From Candidatus Dormiibacterota bacterium (GTDB lineage: Bacteria; Chloroflexota; Dormibacteria; Aeolococcales; Aeolococcaceae): a stretch of DNA of 64,000 nucleotides. Shown here piece after piece: positions 56,680-64,000 of the stretch (positions within the stretch are counted from its first letter, which is position 1; every line of letters starts with the position of its first letter). The stretch spans positions 197,571 to 261,570 of the forward strand of contig CAVWMH010000007.1 in NCBI GenBank assembly GCA_963756075.1. The letters run 5' to 3'. The translations under genes were made by a program, and so were the position numbers. A model generated the notes under the pieces. The model was not told where the DNA came from. It saw only the letters and a list, made by a program, of their open reading frames with translations, and did no database searches.

Positions 56680-58122
56680 ATGGCGACATCGAGTCCGCAC
56701 CCGCCCGCGGCTGACGAGCGACCGGATCCGATCCGTGCCGCCGTGTCGCGCGTCACCTCGTTGGACGAGGAACCGCCTCCCGCGTCGGTCTCCAAGGGCC
56801 GCGGTGACGAGGCTGCCACGGGCACACCCCCTGCGGGCCGTGGTGGGACCGACGAAGCTCGCCACCGCGGACCGTTTGGCGTCTTGCAGCTCCTCGGCCC
56901 CGGACTCATCACCGGTGCGTCAGACGACGACCCGTCGGGCATCGGGACGTACTCGCAGGCGGGCAGCCAGTTCGGTCTCGGGACGCTCTGGATGGCGATC
57001 TTCACCTTTCCCTTGATGATCGCGGTCCAGGAGGCATGTGCGCGAATCGCGCTCCAGACCGGTGTCGGCCTTGGCACCTCGCTTCGCCGCAGATTCCCGT
57101 CGGTTCTCGTCGGCGCCTGCATCCTCCTGGTCTTCGGTGCGAACACCATCAACGTCGGCGCTGACCTCGGCGCGGTCGCCGCCGGAGGATCGCTGCTGAC
57201 CGGCAGCCATGTGCAGCCCGCGTGGTTTCTCGTTCCTGCAGCGCTCCTCATCGGGGTGATGCAACTCAAGCTCTCGTACTCGATCATCTTTCGCTGCTTC
57301 AAGTACCTGACACTCGCACTCTTCGCCTACGTGATCACGGTGATCATCGTCCACCCTCAGTTGTGGGCAACCGTCAGGGCGACGTTCATCCCGCACATCG
57401 AATTCACCAAGGAGTTCCTGGGCATCGTCGTCGCGATCCTGGGCACGACGATCAGCCCGTACCTCTTCTTCTGGCAGTCATCAAGTGAGGTCGACGAGAT
57501 GAAGGCTGCCGGAGCCACGAGTGAGCAGGAGCGACGCGGGACCACGAGGAAGGAGTTGCGATCGGCGCGTATCGACGTCTTCGTCGGGATGCTCTTCTCG
57601 CAACTCGTCATGTACTGCATCATCCTCACGGCAGGGACCGTGCTCCACTCGTCCGGACACACCGGCGTCCAGAGCGCGCAGGAAGCCGCGCAAGCGCTGA
57701 AACCACTCGCCGGACCACTCGCGTCGCTGATCTTTGCGCTCGGCATGATCGGCACCGGGCTGCTCGCGATCCCGGTCCTCACCGCCAGCGCCGCGTACGC
57801 CGTGAAGGAGTTCTTCGGCTTTCGCGGGAGTCTCAGCGAGACCCCGCTCTCGAGACCGACCTTCTATGCGCTCATCGTGATCGCGCTCGTCGGTGGGCTG
57901 TTGATGAGCGTCCTCAGCATCAATCCGATCCAGGCACTCGTCGTGACGGCGATCATCAATGGGGTGGTCGCTCCCCCGATCCTCGTGCTGATCGCGCTTC
58001 TCGCGCGGGATAAACGGGTGATGGCGGCGCATCGCAGCGGAATCGCGAGCACCGCGCTGGTGTGGATCGCGACGGCGCTCATGGGCGCTGCCGCCGTGAT
58101 GCTGATCGTCACGCTCCTCTGA
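56680..58122 (+). CDS. mntH: NRAMP-family divalent metal cation transporter
   Basis: The Nramp signature GPGLITGASDDDPSGIGTYSQAGSQFG (DPGN-type motif) is followed by about 11 TM helices. The first about 55 residues are a low-complexity extension, so the true start may be internal. Confidence 0.85.
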   Translation: MATSSPHPPAADERPDPIRAAVSRVTSLDEEPPPASVSKGRGDEAATGTPPAGRGGTDEARHRGPFGVLQLLGPGLITGASDDDPSGIGTYSQAGSQFGLGTLWMAIFTFPLMIAVQEACARIALQTGVGLGTSLRRRFPSVLVGACILLVFGANTINVGADLGAVAAGGSLLTGSHVQPAWFLVPAALLIGVMQLKLSYSIIFRCFKYLTLALFAYVITVIIVHPQLWATVRATFIPHIEFTKEFLGIVVAILGTTISPYLFFWQSSSEVDEMKAAGATSEQERRGTTRKELRSARIDVFVGMLFSQLVMYCIILTAGTVLHSSGHTGVQSAQEAAQALKPLAGPLASLIFALGMIGTGLLAIPVLTASAAYAVKEFFGFRGSLSETPLSRPTFYALIVIALVGGLLMSVLSINPIQALVVTAIINGVVAPPILVLIALLARDKRVMAAHRSGIASTALVWIATALMGAAAVMLIVTLL

Positions 58123-58140
58123 CCCGGCACGCGCGTGCCC

Positions 58141-59067
58141 TCAGTGTGCTCCGCAGGTGGGCAGCGAGTACAGCGTGTTGGTGGTGGCGTCGACGATCTC
58201 GAGGATCCCATTCGATGTCACCGCAAGCCCTTGCGGCGCCGGCAGGTTCACCGCGACCGCACGCGACGCTCCTGACGCAGGATCAACGGCGACGACATCG
58301 TGTCGATTCAGTTCGGTGACGTAGAGGAGCCCTGCGTAGGCGACGACCTCGTCAAGGTCGGTGAACGCACCGATCTTGGTCACGGTCCCAGCGGCGGTCA
58401 CCTTGACGAGACCGGGCGACGATTCACTTGCAACGAAGATCTCACCTGATGGACCAGGGGTGGCAGCGACCGGCCTTCCGAGGTGGGTTGCGATCACGCG
58501 TGGTGCAGGAGGTCCTGTGAGCGACAGTTCGAGCAGCGTTCCCGCCGGGCTGTCAGGCACGAGCAGCATCTGGCTCGTCGCGGCGACCGATATCCCGTCG
58601 ACCCCGGCATTCGCGGTGTGATTGGGAAGGGTCACGACCTCGTGCCGCAGCGGCGTGATCTCTTCGATCGCGTTGACGTTCTGTTGTGCGACGTAGATGG
58701 CCGAGGCAGCGACGGCGACGCCCTCCGGTCCGCCGGTCACCGTTGTGGTGGTCACGCCGCTTCCATCCTGATTCAGGCTGATGAGCTGGTCGACCTCGCG
58801 TGCGCTGACCCAGAGGCGACCTGAGGTATCGATCGCGATGTCGTCGGGCGACACCGCGAAGTGGTGGATGACCCTGAGCGCGGACCGGGACACCGCGGAT
58901 CGGCAGCCGGCCAGCGTCGCCACGACGGATGGCGCCGGCGTCGCCGTCGTGGTCGGTGTCGGCACCGGAAGAGGTGGGGAGCTCCCTGCGGGCGTGTGAG
59001 CTACAGGGCTCGAGCACGCTGAGAGCGTGACGACGGTGAGCACGGTGGTGATCGGCGCCGCCCTCAC
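58141..59067 (-). CDS. Beta-propeller lipoprotein (NHL/SGL-like repeats)
   Basis: Lipobox VTLSACS, a PT-rich linker, then repeated G.L.V..DG..YV..-type blade motifs. Confidence 0.6.
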   Translation of the reverse strand: MRAAPITTVLTVVTLSACSSPVAHTPAGSSPPLPVPTPTTTATPAPSVVATLAGCRSAVSRSALRVIHHFAVSPDDIAIDTSGRLWVSAREVDQLISLNQDGSGVTTTTVTGGPEGVAVAASAIYVAQQNVNAIEEITPLRHEVVTLPNHTANAGVDGISVAATSQMLLVPDSPAGTLLELSLTGPPAPRVIATHLGRPVAATPGPSGEIFVASESSPGLVKVTAAGTVTKIGAFTDLDEVVAYAGLLYVTELNRHDVVAVDPASGASRAVAVNLPAPQGLAVTSNGILEIVDATTNTLYSLPTCGAH

Positions 59068-60182
59068 TGCGGAGGCTCGTAGTCGATGCCGTCGGGATAG
59101 AAGAGGCGAGATGCGCCGCTTCCCGTGAACGTCCAGATCACCTGATTGGTGGTGGGATCGACAACCACGATCCGGCTGTTGAAGTCATCGCAGATCGCGA
59201 CCCGGTTGCTGGCAAGTGGGATTGCTATCGACGTGTGGTTGAGCTCGGCGCGGCCGGACGGCCTGTAGTACCAGAGCGTTTTGCCGGTGCTGCTGAGGCG
59301 CACGACAGCTCCCGGCAGCGAGTAGTCCGTGAGGAGCACCGATCCACCGGGCATCTCCATCGCATCGGACGGGTATCGCACCGGCGCGCGCACCGACCAT
59401 GCCACGGCGCCGCCCGGGACCAGGGAGGTCACCCGGCTCCCGCCGATCTCGGTGACGATGAGCGACCCGCTCGGCGTTGAAAAGGCACCGTTGGGCTCCG
59501 CGAAACTCTTCGGCGGGTCGTGGCGGCACGCGCGATTCCCGAGCGTGCCCAACCACGCCCCCGCCGCACTGAGATGTACGAGACGGCAGTTCCGGATGTC
59601 GGCGACCCAGATGGTTCCGTCCGCCAGCGGCACCGCGTCGTCAGGCTCGTTGAAGTACCCGACCGCACTACTCCGAACGTTGAATCTGCCCACCTGCCAG
59701 AGAATGGTGCCGGTTGCTCTGTCGATCGCGGTGACCGTCTGACGGCCCTCCGCGTTGGCGATGATGGTTTTGCCGTCCGCCGTGTAGAAGGCGTCGTCGG
59801 GTGCCCCGAAGCGCACCGGCAGCTTCTGTCCCGGCCGTGGAAACACCCAGTCAACAGCACCGCTTGCGTTGATCTCGATGATCCTGCCGTTGCCGCGATC
59901 GGCGATCAGCAGCTTGCCGGTGAATGGCACGCCCGGTGGCAGAGCGGCGAGCGCGAACGAAGCGCCCGGCAGCCGGCTCGGTCCGGCGTGAGGAGGCGCC
60001 GGTGCGTTTGCCGATGGCGTGTCAGACGGGGACGTCTTCACCGCGGGACTCGACTTCGGCGTTGCAAGGACTGCTGCCGACGGCGAGCACGCGGTCAACA
60101 CGAGGAGGAACGCCGCCGCCGCCCAACGCGCCCTGTGTGTCGTCCTCACGGAGGGCACTCTAGAGCGGGATCCGCTCGCCAT
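59064..60182 (-). CDS. Beta-propeller lipoprotein (NHL-like repeats)
   Basis: The likely start is M75 of ORF 59064..60404 (MASGSRSRVPSVRTTHRARWAAAAFLLVLTAC, lipobox LTAC). Repeated DG.IWVAD / G.IIEI blade motifs. Confidence 0.6.
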   Translation of the reverse strand: MASGSRSRVPSVRTTHRARWAAAAFLLVLTACSPSAAVLATPKSSPAVKTSPSDTPSANAPAPPHAGPSRLPGASFALAALPPGVPFTGKLLIADRGNGRIIEINASGAVDWVFPRPGQKLPVRFGAPDDAFYTADGKTIIANAEGRQTVTAIDRATGTILWQVGRFNVRSSAVGYFNEPDDAVPLADGTIWVADIRNCRLVHLSAAGAWLGTLGNRACRHDPPKSFAEPNGAFSTPSGSLIVTEIGGSRVTSLVPGGAVAWSVRAPVRYPSDAMEMPGGSVLLTDYSLPGAVVRLSSTGKTLWYYRPSGRAELNHTSIAIPLASNRVAICDDFNSRIVVVDPTTNQVIWTFTGSGASRLFYPDGIDYEPPQ

Positions 60183-60858
60183 GACCGAACGTCTGCCTCT
60201 CCGAGCTCCGGCGCATGTCCACCACTCCGGCGCCGAAGACCCGCCAGGCGTCACCATCGGTCGCCATCGCCGTGTGCTCGGCGACTCCGAGAAAACGCAC
60301 GTCTGGCGGCAGCCGTCGAGGCGCGAGATCGCGCAACCAGCGGATCCACCAACCCGACAGCGCGTCCCAGTGAACTCCGAGAGCCGTGGTGGGGAGCAGC
60401 CCAAGCCCGCTCGCGAAAGGAAAGCGCATGCCGGCAGCGCCCGCGATCATCGCGCCGGCGCTGCAACCGCCAAAGGCTCCACCTCGGTCGAGCAGGCGCT
60501 GCACGCCATCCCACACTGGGGTCCCGCTCAACGTGTGTGCGAGGTATTTCGGGCTCCCGCCGCTGAAGAACACCATGCTCACGTCGTCCAGTAGCTTTGC
60601 CGTGTTCGCGTCGAGTGCATCGATACGCGCGCGCACACGAACAGGGTGCCCGGTGATGCCGAGCGACTCGTAATGACGCAGCCCCATGCCGATCCATCGC
60701 TCGAAGACGGAGTCGCCCTCGCGTCCGCTCGCAGTCGCCAGGATCGCGACGGAGCCGTCGCCCGCTGCGCCCGACAGCGCGAAGCGCTCGGCCTCCGCTG
60801 CCCATGGCTCGAACTCCCCGGAGCCCAGCAGGAGGAAGCGACCATGCTCCGTCCCCAC
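60160..60858 (-). CDS. Peptidase S51 family protein (second paralogue)
   Basis: VFFSGGSPKYL...GGCSAGAMIAG. GTG start directly abuts the stop of the upstream membrane protein gene. Confidence 0.65.
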   Translation of the reverse strand: MGTEHGRFLLLGSGEFEPWAAEAERFALSGAAGDGSVAILATASGREGDSVFERWIGMGLRHYESLGITGHPVRVRARIDALDANTAKLLDDVSMVFFSGGSPKYLAHTLSGTPVWDGVQRLLDRGGAFGGCSAGAMIAGAAGMRFPFASGLGLLPTTALGVHWDALSGWWIRWLRDLAPRRLPPDVRFLGVAEHTAMATDGDAWRVFGAGVVDMRRSSERQTFGHGERIPL

Positions 60859-62115
60859 TCAGGGCGCCTCCTGGACAGCGGCGACGCGCTGACGGCGGGG
60901 GTCGTGCCGGAATACTGACGAAGCAGCCACGTCAACGGGAGCATGGAGCAGATCGAACGTCACCAACCCTGCCGCCACCGCCAGTGCCGTGGATGACGTC
61001 ACACCTGCGACGGCGCCCCACGTGCTGAACGGCGACATCAATGCTGCCTTGACGATGAACACATCGACGGTGAGCAACAGCGGGATCAGCGCACGCCAGT
61101 TGAGCGCACTGCCGGGGCGGGCGAGCCACCAGAGTGCGGCGAAAACGTACGGCTCGGTGAGGTAGTACGGGAAGACGCTCTTGGCGAAGAGCGGAACGCA
61201 GCACATCGCAACGGTGAGCAGACCTGTCAGCCCGACGTACGTGGTGGCGATTGCGGGTCTGCGGCGCAGCGTGATGACCACCAGCGCGGTCGCGACGACG
61301 GCGCCGATGTAGACATCGAATTCCCTCACGAAGCCTGCCCACGATGCGTGTCGCGCCAGGATCCACATGGACCCTCCGCCGATTGGGAGGCCGCTACGAT
61401 TCGTGACCAGCGCGCGTAGCACCGTCGACCCGTCGGCCAGGATGAACGGGGCGAGGCCGAGGCACACGGTGACGACCGTGGCAACCACTGTGATCACGGC
61501 CGGCCGAATCCGGCGCGTCACGAGCGGAGCCAGGATGAGCGGGATCGCGCAGAATCCGGCGATCGTGCGCGTCAGGACCGCCGCGCCAAGCGCGATCCCC
61601 GTCAACGCGTCGCGGTTGCACAGTGACCACGAGATTGCCAGCAGGAGGAGGCACATCTCGACCGGCTGCTCGATGTGACCGTAGTCGAGGATGCTGATCC
61701 ACAGCGCGGGAGCGAGCAGTACCGTGGCTGCGACACCGAGCGGCCGGCGAACACCGCCACGAGCCGCTCCCGTCAATCGAACGGCCTGGTACGCCAGCAG
61801 CAGCACGACGAGCGAGACCACCGCGCCGGTGAGCGCCGCACGGCCGGCCAGACCGCCGGCCCACCCAAGAGCGTTGGCCAGTGCAGCCGCCGGGATCACG
61901 GGTAGCAGCCCGAGCGGCCCGTTGTCGTTGAAGACTCCGCCGCTGAACTGCGCGGAATAGATGAGCAAGGGGTGACCGGACACCGCCGTCTCGGCGGAAG
62001 GCCAGAAGAACAGGTCGAGGTCGGAAGGTGTCGTCTTCAGGATCACCGGGGCCAGCGTTGATGCCGCAACGAAGAACGCTGCGCCGAGTCCCGCTGTCAC
62101 GGCCCGGCTGGTCAC
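60859..62115 (-). CDS. Polytopic membrane protein, probable lipid-linked-sugar glycosyltransferase (GT87/DUF2029-like)
   Basis: 418 aa, about 10-12 TM helices. The family assignment is tentative. Confidence 0.45.
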   Translation of the reverse strand: MTSRAVTAGLGAAFFVAASTLAPVILKTTPSDLDLFFWPSAETAVSGHPLLIYSAQFSGGVFNDNGPLGLLPVIPAAALANALGWAGGLAGRAALTGAVVSLVVLLLAYQAVRLTGAARGGVRRPLGVAATVLLAPALWISILDYGHIEQPVEMCLLLLAISWSLCNRDALTGIALGAAVLTRTIAGFCAIPLILAPLVTRRIRPAVITVVATVVTVCLGLAPFILADGSTVLRALVTNRSGLPIGGGSMWILARHASWAGFVREFDVYIGAVVATALVVITLRRRPAIATTYVGLTGLLTVAMCCVPLFAKSVFPYYLTEPYVFAALWWLARPGSALNWRALIPLLLTVDVFIVKAALMSPFSTWGAVAGVTSSTALAVAAGLVTFDLLHAPVDVAASSVFRHDPRRQRVAAVQEAP

Positions 62116-62166
62116 GACGACATTGTGATCGCCGCATGCCGCGGCGATTCCTCACCATGGGCACGC

Positions 62167-63346
62167 ATGCCGCGACCTGCGCCTGTTCCTCATGACCCTC
62201 CGCTCGCCGGGAGACTGCTCGCTGTGTGCGCACCAAACGCGTTCAAAGGGACAGTCACGGCCCAGGCGGCCGCTGCGGCCATGGCGCGCGGGGTTCGCGA
62301 CGCGGGCGCGGACGCGATCGCGATGCCCGTGGCCGATGGAGGTGACGGTACCCTCGACGTGCTCCTCCGTACGCGGCGTACGGAAGCCCGCGTGACCCGT
62401 CATCGCGTCACCGGCCCGGCCGGAGCACCCGTCACGGCGCGGCTCGGATGGTTCGGACAGGACGACGCCGTGGTCGAGCTCGCGGAGGCGTCTGGGCTCC
62501 GGCGTCTCCGGGCCGGCACGCTCGACGCGCTCCACGCGACCTCGCGCGGCACCGGCGAGCTGATCAAGATCGCGCTGGACGCGGGCGCCCGAACCATCGT
62601 CGTCGGGGTCGGCGGGAGTGCGAGCACCGACGGGGGCGCGGGCCTGCTCCAGGCGCTCGGTGGGCGCTTGACGAGAGCTGACGGGAAGGAAATCGGTCCC
62701 GGCGGAGCTGGGCTCGAGGAGCTCGTCGCCATCGATCTCACCGCTGCTCTCCCGGCCTTGAGACGGTGCTCGATCCAGGTTGCCTGCGACATCTTGAGCC
62801 CGCTGTTCGGTCCCCAGCGGCCCGGCCCGGATGTTCGCGCCGCAGAAGGGGGCATCTGCCGATGATGTGCTCCGCCTCGAACGGGCGCTCACGCATTTCG
62901 CGGCTGTGGCGTCAGCCTCCGGGTACGAGGATCTCCAGTCACTTCCGGGGGCCGGGGCCGCCGGCGGGTGCGGATTCGGGCTCGCCATCGCCGGCGCTCA
63001 CCTCGTCGCCGGCGCCCGCCTCGTGTGCGACCTGGTGGGGCTCGATGAAGCGTTGCGCGGTGCGACGGTCGTCATCACCGGCGAGGGACGACTGGACCGA
63101 CAGACATCCACCGGGAAAGCGCCTGCCGAGGTCGCGACACGCGCTGCGAGCCGCGGCGTTCCCTGTATCGCGATCGCCGGCTCCGTGCTCGATCCGCTGC
63201 CCGAGTTGTTCAGCGCGGTGCTGTCGCTCGACGACTTCGGGGCCGGCGTTGATCCGACGGGCCACACCCGAGCACGTTTGCGCCGGGCCGCGAGGCGGGC
63301 GATCGAAGACATCCATGCCGCCCCCAGGCCCGCGGGCACGCTCTAG
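62167..63346 (+). CDS. glxK: Glycerate kinase; apparent frameshift at ~62815-62832
   Basis: APNAFKGT...MPVADGGDGT...GVGGSASTDGGAGLL...IQVACDILSPLFGP in one frame, then FAPQKGASADDV...VVITGEGRLDRQT in the next (GlxK motifs FGPQKGA, EG.LD.Q). The shift is in a ggcccggcccgg run. The start codon is uncertain (62125-62230). Confidence 0.75.
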
Positions 63347-64000
63347 TTGCGACGCAGATCCATCGTCCGCATCCACTCCAGGCTGGACGCCGTATCAACG
63401 AGTGGGCGGTATTCGAGGCCGACGAAGCCGTCGTATCCCAGGCGATCGAGCTCGCGCAGGAAGTCGCCGATCGGCTGCGACCCTGTGCCGGGTTCGTGCC
63501 GCCCCGGGACGTCGGCAATCTGGACATGCGCCACGAGCGGGAGAAATGTCCGCAGACAGTCGAGCGCATCCTCGCCGGCCATCGCCGCGTGGTACTGATC
63601 GAGTTGCAACCTCACGCTGGAGTCATTCGCCGTCTGCACCAGATCCGCTGCCGTTGCGACAGTGCTCGCCCAGTATCCCGGGATGTCGACATTGTTGATC
63701 GCCTCGACGAGCAGGGTGATGTTTGCTGCGCGCACGAGGGGAGCTGCCCGGCTGAGGTTCGCCACCGCTGTGTCGTGAGCCTGGTCGCTGCTCACGCCGG
63801 AAGGAGGAACCCCCACCAGCGCATTGAGCTTTGACGTCCCGATCCGCGTTGCGAGCGTGATCGCCATGCGCAGCGTCGCGAGGAACTCGTCCTCGCGACC
63901 TGGGAGTGCAAGGAGCCCGCGCTCGCCACCCGCCCAGTCACCGGCGGCGGGATCGAACACCACCATCGCGAGCTGGAGGTCGTCGAGCGTCGCTGCGAGA
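63343..64000 (-). CDS. hyi: Hydroxypyruvate isomerase (xylose isomerase-like TIM barrel); N-terminus outside the window
   Basis: VFDPAAGDWAGGERGLLALPGREDEFL...LLVEAINNVDIPGY...HVQIADVPGRHEPGTG...YDGFVGLEYRP matches Hyi. The ORF runs to the window edge. Confidence 0.8.
   Translation of the reverse strand, partial: LAATLDDLQLAMVVFDPAAGDWAGGERGLLALPGREDEFLATLRMAITLATRIGTSKLNALVGVPPSGVSSDQAHDTAVANLSRAAPLVRAANITLLVEAINNVDIPGYWASTVATAADLVQTANDSSVRLQLDQYHAAMAGEDALDCLRTFLPLVAHVQIADVPGRHEPGTGSQPIGDFLRELDRLGYDGFVGLEYRPLVDTASSLEWMRTMDLRRN

Noticed and set aside
59520-60566. 348-aa + strand ORF
   Set aside because: Antisense to the beta-propeller lipoprotein and S51 peptidase genes. Arg-rich nonsense.

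Overview
This is a roughly 70% GC chromosome segment with actinobacteria-like gene content (DUF222/HNH, ECF sigma/ZAS anti-sigma, radA-yacL-ispD-ispF-cysS-rlmB-yacP synteny). The first ~21 kb are core genes: ECF sigma factor, anti-sigma factor and a GH18 lipoprotein; a DNA-repair cluster (bifunctional nuclease, polA, mutM, an embedded GT4 glycosyltransferase, uvrB, radA, PIN/TRAM protein); ispD and ispF; cysS; rlmB; a NYN/YacP protein; fabF; a flavoprotein disulfide oxidoreductase; and a Crp/Fnr regulator. From 21.8 kb the window becomes accessory/mosaic. tRNA-Thr(TGT) is followed 1.6 kb downstream by a perfect 54-bp copy of its own 3' half, the footprint of a decayed integrative islet. The islet carries two small genes of unknown function and no integrase. 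Further downstream are a HAD hydrolase, a YafY/WYL regulator paired with a standalone degenerate GGDEF protein, a UbiA prenyltransferase, tRNA-Thr(GGT), a GAF-GGDEF cyclase, a low-GC orphan gene, a FUSC exporter, a secreted (TP)n-linker/4xDUF4214 tail-anchored protein, a CPA2 antiporter, an IS1595-family transposase remnant, and a LacI-controlled catabolic island (HIBADH, LivKHMGF-type transporter, alpha/beta hydrolase, M24 peptidase, TPP-dependent E1 alpha/beta without E2, GabD-like ALDH) with two near-identical candidate operators. The final 12 kb hold a sulfide module (SQR, TusE/DsrC-like, DsrE2-like, OsmC), two S51 peptidases, mntH (NRAMP), two beta-propeller lipoproteins, a polytopic membrane glycosyltransferase-like protein, glycerate kinase and hydroxypyruvate isomerase (partial). 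At least six conserved genes (anti-sigma, GT4, ispD, livF, glxK, DUF4214 protein) carry single-base frameshifts in G/C runs. One of them is essential, so assembly indel errors are the most likely cause. All calls come from reading the translations; no database search was possible.
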